Source: Eledone cirrhosa | Lineage: Eukaryota | Assembly: GCA_964016885.1 (NCBI GenBank) | Contig: OZ024747.1 | Span: 84,816,001-84,880,000, forward strand | Direction of reading: 5' to 3' | Length of the DNA: 64,000 nt | Part shown: positions 50,136 through 63,290 of the stretch, in pieces | How positions within the stretch are numbered: position 1 is the stretch's first letter | Layout of the letters: every line of letters begins with the position of its first letter | Notes under the pieces: model-generated | What the model was told of the DNA's origin: nothing | Seen by the model: the letters and a program-made list of their open reading frames with translations, nothing else | Databases searched by the model: none | Program-made: the position numbers and the translations under genes

Positions 50136-51127
50136 ATTTGCCCATAACAGTGAGAGATGGGGAGAGCGGCAGAGACGGAGGCAGTGACAGTGAGAGTTTG
50201 GTTCCTTTGTGTTCGGACCTGGTGTATATATTTATGCTTAAGTTTGCGTTTTCTTTTCTTTTCCTTTCTTTTCGATCTAGCACGCCCCCCCCCCCCCTGC
50301 TCTCTCTTTACTATATTAAGTCAGTGTAGAGAGACAAAGATCATGGCTGAATATTTCTTTCTGTTCTGCTCCCTTTCTTAAACATTTCTCTTTCTCTAAC
50401 CCTCATACTCAAGACGGCGAATTGGCAGAATCATAAACATTTCTGATAGAATGATTTGCTGTATTCGTTCTGACTCTTTGCGTTCTGAGTTCAAATCCCG
50501 TGGAGGTCAACTTCGCCTTTCATCCTTTCGAAGTCGATAAAAGAAGTACCAGACAAATAATGGGGTCTCTTTTTTTCTCTATATCTCTTTCACTTTCTTT
50601 TTTTCCTTTGGGAAGAAATCGTTTATGTTTCAACCTAAAGAGAGATGAGCTCTGCCAGGTTAAACAATGCTACGACAGCGTCCCTACGACCCCATTGGGA
50701 GTTACTGGTCCACACATACACTTTACAAATACCGTACGGCAGGGATCCCCACCCTAGGATAAATTTACCCCGGTAGGTATAAATTTTGCCTCTTAAATGT
50801 AGTGGTAAGTGGTTATATTTACCTATTGTAGATTTGTACATATATTCTTCGATCTCGATTGTTTCCAAGGACATGAGATTTGCCGAAGCCAGATCATAAA
50901 CCGCGATTGACAATCGAGTATTTTCAGTTTTATTCAGTTTCATTTTATGCCAAACAAGACAGAAGCGGCCGATCAAGTAATTTTATTGTCGGCCATACTG
51001 GACTTTAATCGCTAATGCTCCAAACGGATGACCAGTTATGTTCTAGTCGCTGGAACTTATAAGTAACATGAGGGTTCTAAATAACAATAGTTTATTTTGT
51101 ACATTGAATTTATTATGTTTACTTAAC

Positions 51128-52305
51128 GGTTATCTTGAACTTTCCCCGCGTTAAATTATTATTATTATTTTTTAATGTAATTAAGTAAGAAAGATATTAT
51201 TAATATTGAATAAATAATATTGTTGTTTTATTGAATTATATTGCTGTTAGTAATACTAACTTTGAGAGTTAATATTACTAACAACAGATGGACTTGAAAC
51301 AATCAACTAGTTGGCACGTCATGGCCTAATCACTAATCGTCGTCTTTGTGCAACGTGTGAAGTTGACATGTGATTCCAGGCTCGAAAAGGGAGAGACTAT
51401 GTGGATGGTTATTGTTGATCATGTCGAATATGTCGGCGTCATAGAAACGTCTGCCTTGGATCTTTCTTCGAAGGCTCCCACCTCACTCCCACTCAACTTC
51501 TGGATATCATATATTGGTGGTCGATGCAACAGCCTCAAGTAGAAGTCGCCAGACAGACTGGTGTATCAGCCCATTCGTTGGTAGATTGATACAATTTCAT
51601 TCGTGACATTTGTACGCAATACTTGATCGATCATCCTGTAGAGATGGGTGGCCCTGGAAGGACAGTTGAGATCGATGAATCTAAATGTATGCATCGGAAA
51701 TATCACCGCGAAAGGTATCGAGAAGGTCAGTGGGTTCTTGGTATGGTGGAGCGAGATACCAACGGGACAATGATGGTACCTGTGGACCAGCGAATGCAGC
51801 GACCCTTTTACCCATCATTGCTCAGTACGTTCGTCCAGGTACTCGCATTGTAACCGATGACAGTCATACAATGCCCTCCCGCAACATGCAGTTGTAAACC
51901 ATCGTTACAACTTTGTGGACCCCAACGATCCCACAATCCACCGAGGGCTGGCAGTCATACAATGTCCTCCCGCAACATGCAGTTGTAAACCATCGTTACA
52001 ACTTTGTGGACCCCAACGACCCCACAATCCACATAAACCGTGTGGAAGGCAGCTGGGGCTTTGTAAAGTCAAATTCCGTGCCATGAGAGGAACAAGCGAG
52101 GCACTTTTCGGCACTCACCTTCAGGAGTTCCTTTGGTGCCGTGCTATTCAAGAAAACATCTTCGGCAATATTCTATATTAGACACGACATTATTATGATG
52201 TATAACAGATACTTTTGAATATTATAATTTATGTTTCTTATTTACTTCTCTTAAAATTATTTAAAAAAACAAAATAATTTAACGCGGGGAAAGTTCAAGA
52301 TAATC
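51128..52305 (+). mobile_element. Merlin (ISXO2/IS1595-like DDE) DNA transposon, decayed
   Basis: 33-bp TIRs (51128-51160 and 52273-52305, one mismatch); flanking 8-mers TACTTAAC/AGCTTAAC as a probable TSD; transposase pieces GGPGRTVEIDES..RKYHR..QWVLGMVER, AATLLPII..VRPGTRIVTD, VNH..NFVDP. Confidence 0.9.
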
Positions 52306-52689
52306 AGCTTAACTATGGTATTGATTTACATTAATTTTACCTTTCAACTTGACATATCCAGAAGTACTATATCAATTAGCATTTTTGATTTCCAATTTAA
52401 TATATTCAGAATTACTATGGTATCGATTTGCATTAATTGATGTTTCATTGAAGCGTTTTATTACTTTGCATGGAAATATGAAAGGCATATTCGACAGCGA
52501 ATGGATTTGAACTCAAAACAGACAGACATATAAGTAAATAGTTGAAGACACAATTGTTGGTGTTTCTTTTCGTTATTTGTATTATTTTATTTTACAAAGC
52601 TGCTTACACAAAAACAAAACACTTTTAAAGGGAACAAAAAAGAAATAATCAACACCCCCCTTTGAATTCTAATTCTAATGTTGACCATT

Positions 52690-54170
52690 TGAGCTGGTTC
52701 CCGTCAATTCGCTACCAGATTGTGTTCTCTGTATCCGCACAAGTCACTATTTGAAGTCCATCAAATGTCACTTGTTTTCCAAAGCTATAACAGGAGTTGC
52801 GTGGGTATTACTAAGGTTCAAATCGAAAGTCTTTCAAACCGGATTTGTAACCAATGCCACTCCAACATCGACATACTTCGCTTGATAACCAATTTCCTGT
52901 TGAGGACTTTGCCGCCGCCTCCGAGGCTTATCTAAGTTGAATCCCATCAAAGTGAGCTCGGAATTGTTTCGCCATGCTCTATCCAAACAGTTGAAGAACG
53001 TTTGCCTATCCAACAACACCTCGGATTGGCAGAAACTATTCTTATTCACTCTCGTTCCTAATGAGAAAACCGGTTCTCTGATATCTTCCCTAAAACGACA
53101 ACTTGAGCTGTTTGAGTCCACCTCAACCAGAGATCAGCTCAATTCCTGTAAATGGACGATCGCCAAACTTAAAGAAAGCTGCCAATACTAAATCCAGTAA
53201 AGGGATGGTTCGCTTCATCTCTTCTTTGTTCTCCCTCGAAATATTGAAGGAAAAATATCCCCCGGGCCTTCTGCATGACTGTTTACACTGGCCCAGCCGA
53301 CCAGGTTATTAAAAACCAGTTTTCACCACGGATAACATCAGGAAAGCGATTGGATCGTTTCTTGTAGATTCTGGTGCGCTGATTGATGGTCTATTACCCC
53401 CACATCTTAGGGATGGTATCTTCCTGTCGACCGGTGATGTCGGCTTCAAGCTCTTAGAGAATCTGACCCAGTTTGTCAGCATGTTCTTGTCCGAGAATGT
53501 CCTCATTTATATTCACCCATTGTTTTGCGGGGCTAAACTGTTTGGTCTCACAAAGCCCCATTGCAGCTGAGTGCACTCTGCGATGGTTTGAGACTGCTTG
53601 TCTGCAAATTTTTTCCCTCTTCAGCTAGGGGTAGGTTGTAAGGCTCAAGCGACAAGATCTTTTAACAACTTGCCTTTTGAGACCTCAAGTTTATCTCCAA
53701 ACTTGATCCCAAGAATGCCTTCAACTCCATCAATTGTGATGTTATCCTCCGCTAAGTAAAAGAGGAGGCCCCACAGTTCTACCACTTTGCTTGACAGGCT
53801 TATCAGGAGCCTTCCTGCCTCTCCTTTGGTGACTATTTCATCTGCCTCAGGAGTCCAACAAGATGGAGCTCTGGTTTGGGTTAATATTCCCTCAATTCTG
53901 GAGCCGGCTGGATTGTTCAGAGTTGATAGAAAGAGACTAGATGATCTTACCCTTTGTCACTTGATAAAAAGTAGATGTTCTATTTAGGCTGCAACACTGA
54001 ATGGCTCTTTCGCTCCTTCCCACATCCTGGATGTTGCGGTAAATGTGTTGGTCACTGCTTCTGTAGCCGAACGGAATAAAAGTCTAAAATACCGGGAATT
54101 ATCGGCAAACTATTTTTTCTAGCCTGTGACGTTTGAGGGAAGTTGTTGTCGTTGGCGGCTCGCCTTACTA
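52690..54170 (+). mobile_element. Degenerate, internally deleted CRE-clade retrotransposon
   Basis: IRKAIGSF...DGLLPPHLRD, KLDPKNAFNSI and SSASGVQQ (RT), joined directly to IPSILEPAGLFRVDRKRLDDLTL and AERNKSLKY (REL endonuclease region). Confidence 0.7.
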
Positions 54171-55559
54171 AAAAGTCCGAGCCCCTCCCACGTTTTCTGG
54201 GGAAAAAGTTCTTTGCAAGCATGTTCAGAAGTTAGGTTAGTTGGTAAGCACACGAAAAAAAAAAAGAGGGTAAAATGGTAAAAAAATACAAACTCCGAGG
54301 GTCTTCTCCACCCCCCCCCTCCGTTTTCCAGGGAAGAAAAAAACACCCTTGCAGCATATTCAGATGTAAGTTTAATTGATAGAAAAAAAAAAACAAAAAA
54401 AAAACAGGAAAGATAATTATTTCCCAGTAGAATCGATGGGAGTGTTCTATAATAATACTTTTTTTTTTTACGATAAAGAAATTGTAAGTTGTGATATTAG
54501 TTCCATCTGCAAATCAAAATCGGACTCGATCTACTGGTTTTCGGGAAATTATAAAAACGTTACTGCGAGAGATTTTAATCGGCGACAATTCTTAAATATA
54601 TACCTGTTAAAAATTGCATCTGTTATTTCCAAGTAAATTTCTTACATAAATTCAGCAGAGTTTACAAATTGGTAAACTACGACCAGAGCAGGAATCAAAA
54701 TTGAATTGCAGAATATGAATGTAAATCTTTTTGAGGACGTATCTCCGAAAGTACGGCTTCATAATGAAGGTTACTAGGATACAGGAAAATAAACGGTGTA
54801 TTCTTAATTATTTACTCCTGTAAGATTATATCCTCTTTGAGCGAAGGCAAAGAGAGTTTCGTAGGGTTTAAAGAACATTTCGCTGATATAATTCCTCTAT
54901 TTCATTTAAAAAAAATATATAATTCATTATCCTCTTATCTATTTCAAATATATATCGACTTTTGTGGTTAAAGTATATTTTTCAGTCTTGTTTAAACATT
55001 TGTTTTCTTTGCTGTTTTGAAAAAGAGATAGGCATTTTTTATCGCTTCGGAAAACAAATCTAATGTTCTCTTAACAAGAACTTGAAGAGTGGGCGTTATT
55101 TCTAAATGGAAAATGTTATTTATAAAATAGCTTTCAACCTTGCGATTTATTTACAGTTATTCAGTAAATTCTAAATGGGGAAAAAAAAAACCCTTAAATA
55201 TAAAAATCGTAACGGTTGTTAATCCACGCTGTTTTACAGACTTCACTGTTCCGATCATCTATTCTATTCGCAATAATAATAAAATAACAACCAAACAACA
55301 AATCATACTAAACAATAGGATTATATGTAAGTTTATTATTTTTCAATTTTCATGTGTTTTTATCTTAAAACTTTGCCGACACCTCATAGTTGTTGTTTAG
55401 CTCAGGTTAGCTTTAATCACACAAACCCATGGCCAAAGGAACTCCATCCTTGATCATCTCATCTATTATCAAGACAGTGTCTAGGACTAGCGTGTAAAAT
55501 AAGAAGGATTTGGTTGTTATTTTTAGCAGTTTGAATCACTACAGACTGGCTACTTTGTT

Positions 55560-56370
55560 TTCATTTCTTGCCTTTCTCTTTTCATTGCCTTTCTCTTACA
55601 TTTTTGCACATCCAACGAAGCATGGTTGCTTAATTTTTCTCCAGTCTATGCATGTTTTCTTCAGTTACAGCCTATGTTTCCCTACCATGTAGTATCGCAC
55701 TTTGCACACAGGCGTCCTACAGCTGGTCACTTCTCTCATTAAATGCATCCCGTAGGGCCTTTGTAAACTTATATTTAACTGAGAGGTCCTTTAGCTTCCA
55801 CACCCGTCTCTATATTTTCCTGCATTTCTTGTTCTGTCTCGTGCTTATTTTGAACTAACTTGTGCTGAGTGGTGCTTTCTTCCCTAGGGACGGCCTTAGT
55901 ATTTATTACAGTCCATTTGTATTGCTGTCTAACAGGTAAATAGTCAATTTGGCTTTTGTGTTCACCTGATTGACACGAGATCATCATAGAATTCCATGAG
56001 TCTCAATCCCTCTTCATTTTTTTTTAGCAATAACCATAGCCCCTGTGAATTCCACTGAATGCGTTCTGTACTGTCCTAAATGTCCATTGAAGTCACCTGC
56101 CAGGTTGATGGGGTTACCTTTAACAATAACTGAAGTCGTCTGTAAAAGTTCTTCATAGAACCTGTCTTTTTGTTCTTTACTCAGTCCTGCCTGCGGAACA
56201 TAGATGTAATTGTCACCATAGATAGATGTAATTGTCACCATTCTACTTCCTACAGCTAATCTAAGTTTGCTCTACTTCAATCACTTCATCTATCAATTTC
56301 TCAGCTAATAAGATGCCTACATCTCCTATCCCTACAGATCTCTACCTTATTGCTCCTCACCCTTGTGGGT
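55560..56370 (-). mobile_element. Decayed RTE LINE, endonuclease region
   Basis: YVPQAGLSKEQKDRFYEEL, LAGDFNGHLG, KSQIDY, TQHKLV. Confidence 0.75.
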
Positions 56371-56762
56371 ATGACATACGTTATCTCTCTTCTCTCATTT
56401 AAAAAAGGCATTGCTTCCTCTTTCCACTCTTACAAACCTACCCTTTTTTAAAACTCTTTTATAAAAGGTGGATTAAACCAATACCAGAGTTCGTTTGAAT
56501 ATGGCCGAACTGACAAACTCGGAGAGTTAGATTCTCCTTGTGAAACATGTATATTTGAATAATGTATTGTTGATGTAATAAGATATTTTATATAACACAA
56601 TTCCTCCTCTGGATTCTATGAACTAAGACAAATATGCTATCTGTAAGATGATTCACACTAGTTTATACACTCACACACACATATGCACACATACATTACA
56701 TATGTATATATATCTGAGAAAGAGAGTTGATGTGGGTGGTAAAAACAGTAATGGAGCAATGA

Positions 56763-56806
<44 letters not shown>

Positions 56807-57917
56807 CCTCTCTCCCATTAATTGAATCATATTGAAATTGCATTACTTTTCTGAATGGACTGTCATGTTAATATTTTCTATAGTTGGACACATATGCTAC
56901 TGTCTATAGACTTGATTTCACCACCAACTTTTTCACTCCCAACTTTTTGCATTGTCCTGAGATATTTGAAGCTCTATAAAAGATATTGCTTTTGCTACTG
57001 CTATATATATATATATATATATTACAGCTGTTTAGTTGAGCCATAAATTTGAAACAGCTTTCTGAAACACTGAAAGGATTAATTAGCAGCAGCACTAACA
57101 TAGAGTGTACATGAAGGCATACACAATATGGTTATGTATAATAAACATATATAAGTCTCACTATGACCGTTTTAAGCTCACAGCTATCTCAGTAGCCATA
57201 TAAGAACACCTGATATGATCACACCAAGACTTATATATGTTTAATATACATAAATTTACCATACATGCCTTTATATACACTTTTAATACTGAAAGATGTA
57301 TTACAACATAGTTAGCATTCAATATCTTTACCTAACTGTCATAATTATTGTGAAATAAAGTCTCTATTTTAACCCTTTTATTTGCTATATTTCTAATGAA
57401 AGACACTGTCTTAAAATTTCCAGTTAATTTTGAAAATAACCAAAAATTTGGATGAATTTAACCCTTTAGTATTTACATTACTCTATATATACTATTGTAT
57501 TTTCATGGTAAAGGCTTTACCTCACATAACTATCTCTCATAATATTGAAGCTGATATTTTGATGGTATTTATTTTGAGAACAATACCTTAGGGAGGAAAC
57601 TTTGTTCATATACTTGTAATAGTGGACACTGCTAAAGGCACCCAAGGGCAAAGTGATAGTGTTAAACAGAGCAACAGATTAAATCTATGATCAAAATAAG
57701 CTGCTCCAGGATTTGAACTCAAAATGCCAAGAACTGGAACAAATCCTGCATGGCATTTCATCCAAGGCTTTTACAACTCTGCCAATCCATTGACTGTAAA
57801 AAAGATGATTATGATAAGAAAGAAGAGAATATTAAAATATTTTTCACATTTGTCTAAATTTTCAGAATCGGAAACAACCATTTTTACTACTACTACTGCT
57901 GCCGCCGCCACCAAGGA

Positions 57918-57960
57918 ACGCTGTACTAGTTTCAAGCTTATTAGTTATCGTCAGCAACGT
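57918..57960 (-). ncRNA. Minimal type-I hammerhead ribozyme motif (inverted copy)
   Basis: ACGUUG-CUGACGA-U-AACU-AAUA-AGCU-U-GAAA-CUAG-UA-CAGCGU; stem I fully paired, stem II has one mismatch. Confidence 0.65.
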
Positions 57961-58081
57961 ATACCTTCCTGCCAGATTGTTGAACGTATATACTTACCTT
58001 ATGCATATTAATGGCTGAGTAGCCCAATTTGCATATCGAGTGGGTTAATCGGCCGGGTGAAACAATCTGGCAGGAAGGTAT

Positions 58082-58124
58082 ACATTGCTGACGATAGCTA
58101 ATAAGCTTGAAACTAGTACAGCGT
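58082..58124 (+). ncRNA. Minimal type-I hammerhead ribozyme motif; predicted cleavage after GUA at 58118
   Basis: CUGACGA at 58088-58094, stem II AGCU/AGCU with an AAUA loop, GAAA at 58109-58112, palindromic stem III ACUAGU, and an extendable stem I. Confidence 0.72.
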
Positions 58125-58501
58125 TCCTTTGTCAGTGTTGAACAAACGAGCAACGATGGTTGCTAGACACTACGGCTTAATACGGGATGTTTGTTTACAA
58201 ACACACCGAGCATTATAATAAATGTTCGGTGAATCCATACGTACATATATATATGTGTGCATGTATGTATATATATATACATACTACTGTACGTCTGTAT
58301 ACATATATGTATGTACGTGTACATACTTATATTTAAGTAACAGCCGTACTAAGAGTGGGAAATGAAATTTCGTTTCATTTTTTCCGTTTATCGCTTTCAG
58401 TGCACCCGGCCAATTAACCCACTCGATATGCAAATTGGGCTACTCCGCCGTTAATATGCATAAGGTAAGTATATACGTTCAACAATCTGGCAGGAAGGTA
58501 T

Positions 58502-58544
58502 ACATTGCTGACGATAACTAATAAGCTTGAAACTAGTACAGCGT
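58502..58544 (+). ncRNA. Minimal type-I hammerhead ribozyme motif; predicted cleavage after 58538
   Basis: Same core exactly 420 nt downstream. Stem I extends as GUUCAACA..CUGGCAGGAA paired with UUCCU..UGUCAG.UGUUGAAC. Confidence 0.68.
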
Positions 58545-58970
58545 TCCTTTGTCAGTGTTGAACAAACGAGCAACGATGGTTGCTGGACACTGCGGCTTAA
58601 TACGGGATGTTTGTTTACAAACACACCGAGCATTATAATAAATGTTCGGTGAATCCATACGTACATATATATATGTGTGCATGTATGTATATATATATAC
58701 ATACTACTGTACGTCTGTATACATATATGTATGTACGTGTACATACTTATATTTAAGTAACAGCCGTACTAAGAGTGGGAAATGAAATTTCGTTTCATTT
58801 TTTCCGTTTATATATATATATGTGTGTGTGTGTGTGTAAACTCCATACATCTGTATACAGATATGTATATTTATTCAATTACTTATTTGTTTACTTTCCT
58901 ATTTATCTATCAACAGCTGTTAGTGTATACATTCTAAAAGTTTTATAATCATATATAATTACTGAGATCA

Positions 58971-59547
58971 TGCTGTCACGAGTGGGATCGATCCGGTTGA
59001 CAATTCTATTGTAACAATCAAGCCGCCTCCTCTCTTCAAAAACGAATGAGAGGCGGTGTTTCTGTGCGTAATAGCCATGGTGAAAGAGGTTGTATGATGG
59101 ACGCGTCTGAAAGGACTGAGGTCAGTCACCTTTCTCTCTGGCCAACAACTGGTCCGTTTCTTCCGATATCATTTGGGAAGAAGGATCAGGATGGAGAGAG
59201 AGGTGCTGCACCCCAGCCGTTTTTATGAAAGATGGGTGAAAGTGGCGAGAATGGCCCGTGTGAATGGGCCTTCACTCTACATCAGACTGTAGGTGAGAAA
59301 GATAACAGATCAAGGGAGCACCCTCTCTCTGTGCTCCTGAGGAGAAGGGTTGCACACTTTTTTTTTTGGGGGGGGGGGTGCGACCCCCCAAGGCGCCTCC
59401 TCCCTATTGAGGATTTTGTTATATTTTATATTTTTATATTTTTATATTTTGTTATTGCCTCCTCCTATTGAGGACGCCTTTTTATGTAAACTCCCCCATT
59501 GTACTTGTCCCACTCTTTGACGCCCTGGTGGCAAATAAAAAGAAAGT
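58971..59547 (+). mobile_element. Short 3' fragment of Tx1 family B
   Basis: Homologous to ~60932-61520 (ORF2 end and 3' UTR), with indels. Confidence 0.9.
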
Positions 59548-59557
59548 TATCTATGTA

Positions 59558-61521
59558 GTGGGGCTCTGATCAACTTGGATCAATCTAAGGCGTTCGATAG
59601 GGTCGACCATGGTTACCTGGATGCGGTGCTAGTGGCGGCAGGCTTCGGACCCGTTTTCAGGGGCTGGATCACTGCTATGCACAGCAGCCGCATCTGCTCT
59701 AGGGTCAAGGTGAACGGCTACCTCTCGGAGCCGTTCAAAATCGCGCGGTCCATCCGACAAGGGTGCCCTCTCTCCTCCCTTCTGTATGTGTTGACTCTCG
59801 AGCCACTACTGCGGAAGTTGGAGTTGTTGCAGGGCATCCCTTTGGAACCGGGATTGCGGAAAGCGGTGTCGGCCTACGCCGATGACGTGACAGTAATGGT
59901 GTCGACGGCCTCCGAAATCGAGGCGGTCGGCACCTTACTGGAGGAGTACGAAAAGTTCACAGGGGCTAAGCTGAACCGGGACAAGTCGATCGGTTTGCAA
60001 CTCGGCACGTGGAGGGGCAGACCGATGCCCTCCGATGGCGTCGTCGGACGCTGGACGGAGGGCCCGGTGAAGTTGCTCGGGGTCTGGTTCGGACCGGACC
60101 TCCAGGTGGAGAAAAACTGGGCGGAGGTTACGAACAGGGTGTTTGCACTGACCCAGAAGTGGGCCAGTGGCAAACTATCCCTGAAAGGTCGGGCGGAGGT
60201 GGCGAACACCTACATAGCGTCCGTCATCTACTACCGCCTGACCGTAGTGCCCTGCCGAAGGGAAACCCTCACCAAGATGGAGCGCGCGCTCTTCCAATTC
60301 CTTTGGAAGAGGCGGGCTCCTATGGTGAGGAGATCCATCTGCTGTCAACACCCTTCGAAAGGAGGGCTGGGGATGCCGTGGCTAATGATGCGTAAACACG
60401 CATTAAGGCTACGGCACCTCTACGTATTCCTCACCGGACAACCGGTGTGGGCCTCGTTTGTGAGACGAACCTTTCCCAGCCTCGTCTCACTCACCGAGCT
60501 GCAATCCTGGGTCAAGCAAAGACCGAGAAAACTGGGCGCCTGGCACACTGAGTGTGCCCAGGCGCTCACCGCCCTCTGGCAGGCGGATCCGGTTATCAGT
60601 GGAGACTCCACCGCAACATTCTATAGAGGGCTGGTACGCAGCAGGTGCGACGACGCCCTCGGAGAAGCCCTAGACATGGAGGAGGACGAACTGGCCGGCC
60701 TGTTCGGTAGGACATTCAGCCCGGGACCTATGGACAACTTCCAGAAGTCCCTGGCCTGGCAGTGCTACCGAGGAGCTTTACCCGTTCGAGAAAGTCTCTA
60801 CAGACACGGGCGCCCGGGTAGGGACCCCGCCAAAAAGATTTGTCCCAGATGCGTGTGCGACGAGGAAACCGTTGCACACGCATTGGTACACTGCTCGGGC
60901 GTAGCCGATCTGTGGGGCTATGTCGAACAACTGCTGTCAAGGGTGGGACCGATCCGGTTGACCACCGAGTCTATTGTAATGATCAAGCCGCCTCCCCCCT
61001 TCAAAGATGAAGCAGAGGCGGTGTTTCTGTGCGTAGTGGCCATGGCGAAAGAGGTTGTATGGTGGACGCGTCTGAAAGGACTGAGGTCAGGCACCTTTCT
61101 CTCTGGCCAACAACTGGTCCGTTTCTTCCGATATCATTTCGGAAGAAGGATCAGGATGGAGAGAGAGGTGCTGCACCCCAGCCGTTTCTATGAAAGATGG
61201 GTGAAAGTGGCGAGAGTGGCCCGTGTGAATGGGCCTTCACTCTACATCAGACTATAGGTGAGGAAGATGAAAGACCAAAGGAGCACCCCTTCTCTGTGCT
61301 CCTGAGGGGAAGGGTTGCACACTTTTTTCGGGGGTGTGTGCGACCCCCCAAGGCGCCTCCTCTCTATTGAGGACTTTGTTATAAATTTTATTTTTTGTTA
61401 TATTTTATTTTATTTTTGTATATTGTTGTTGCCTCCTCCTTATTGAGGACGCCTTGTTTTGTAAACTCCCCCCATTGTGCTTGTCCCGCTTTTGATGCCC
61501 TGGTGGCAAATAAAAGAAACA
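59558..61521 (+). mobile_element. 5'-truncated Tx1 LINE (family B) with an open RT/C-terminal frame to 61257
   Basis: 560-aa frame collinear with ORF2 1362-4781 from LINLDQSKAFDRV onward; flanked by the direct repeat TATCTATGTA (59548-59557 and 61522-61531). Confidence 0.93.
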
Positions 61522-62739
61522 TATCTATGTATTAGATAAACTACCTTTAGTGTGTATAAAAACAGGGTTTCTTTACTTAGATCATTGTTTTCTGTAAATA
61601 GATATAGGTGGTTAATTTTGTTTTGACCACAGTAAAAAACTGTATTCAATAAGTTATGTAATGTTTAGAATGGAAAGAAATGAAATAATGAAAGTAATGG
61701 GAAGGAAGGAGTGCCAGACCCTACACCCCTATCTAGGAGGTATATTTCAGCTGCTGCTCTGGAGACAAAATGCTGAAAGCATTGCTGTAGCAAACAGCTA
61801 TTGACACCTGTTGCATCAGCTACTCAACCTCATGGGGCTCCTTCCTCAAACAGAGTACACTCCTTATAACTTTACAGAGGACACTAGAGGTCACAACAGC
61901 AGCCATCACAGAAAGGAAACAGTTGGTCATGTCTCTTTGCTCTGAGTTTCAGATCTCACTGAGGCCGACTTTGCCTCTCATTCTTTCAGGGTCGATGAAA
62001 TATCAGCTTGGTGAATAGGCAAAGATGTTACAGTGAGGAAAAATTGTTTTGCAGCATTTTTTCTGGCTTATTGTTCTCTGAGTTTCACATGTTGTCAAGG
62101 TCAACTTTGTCTTTCGTCCTTTGAAGGTTGATAAAATAAAGTACCAGTCCAGAGTATTAGACTGGTGTAACTGTTAGAATGTCAGACAAGATGACTTGCA
62201 GTATTTTTTTAAGCTCTTTGCCTATTTGATATAGTTGCGGGATCTTGTTTGGAGGAAAACTGGATTTTTAATCTTTTATTTCATATTCAACACACATTAT
62301 GTCTGAACTATTTTGATATCAAATTGCCTGAAACTGTACTGGAGTTATGATACAAAACTGCTCATTTTAATGTTTATTCTTATATTAAAACCCTCCATCA
62401 TAATTATATTTAGAAATTTTTGTTAAGTAATGTTCTAAATCTTAGCTTACTCATGAAAAACTTAATTATTTTATTAAATTCATCCAAATCTTTGGATATA
62501 TTCTGAATTAGTTAAAACACTCAGGTAGTGTACTTCATTACATTAGAAATATGGTAATATATATTGTCAGACAGTGGAAGAGTGAAGTGGGGCACCATTG
62601 TTGTGCTGTGCTTAGGGCATCAGTTCATCTTAATTTGGTTCTGGTGACTGTACAAGTGTGTGTGTGTGTGGTAATGTGATATAGCTGTTTTAATGTATAT
62701 TTATATATACTAGCAGAAAAAGCACCTTTCGGGTAGTTT

Positions 62740-63030
62740 TCTGCTACCATGTGTAGTGTGTACATTGATATTATACGCAAGTATATATGCATGTAGATAT
62801 GATACATCAAATAAAATCGTAATTGACAATATACACAGAAATTGAACGAAAACTGCGTTACACTGTCTTATGTAATCAGTAACGTAATCCATGATACATT
62901 AAAAAAAGACGATATATATCTGCTAGCATGTGTAGTGTGTATATTGATATTATATGCAGGTATATATGCATGAAGATATGATCAAATAAAATCGTAATTG
63001 ACATTAGGAGAAAATTAGTGACGGAAATAT
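62740..63030. repeat. Imperfect ~180-bp-period duplication
   Basis: CTGCTA.CATGTGTAGTGTGTA.ATTGATATTATA.GCA.GTATATATGCATG...ATCAAATAAAATCGTAATTGACA at ~62741 and ~62920. Confidence 0.8.
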
Positions 63031-63290
63031 ATGAATATTTATTTAAACGATCACTAACCGGAAGTGTTGACATTTGAAAATTTTAAAGAATTGAATCTTT
63101 AAATAAGTAATAAAATATATTTAATGAGCAGCCACGAAATTTACTAGATAAATTATGTAATATTCATTCATTATTTATTCAAAGTAATCCAACTTACTAA
63201 GGGGATAACAAATTATAAACCGTACGCAGTCCCGTGCTTCTTACTTTATTATAGTTTAGATTCCATTGTTATATTTGCAGCTCCTTCAAC

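Larger units (their letters stand above)
57913..58810 (+). mobile_element. Penelope-like terminal repeat / retrozyme-like array: an inverted partial unit plus 420-bp-period direct repeats
   Basis: 58061-58390 is nearly identical to 58481-58810; 57913-58059 is the reverse complement of 58403-58549. Each segment carries a hammerhead motif. Confidence 0.8.
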
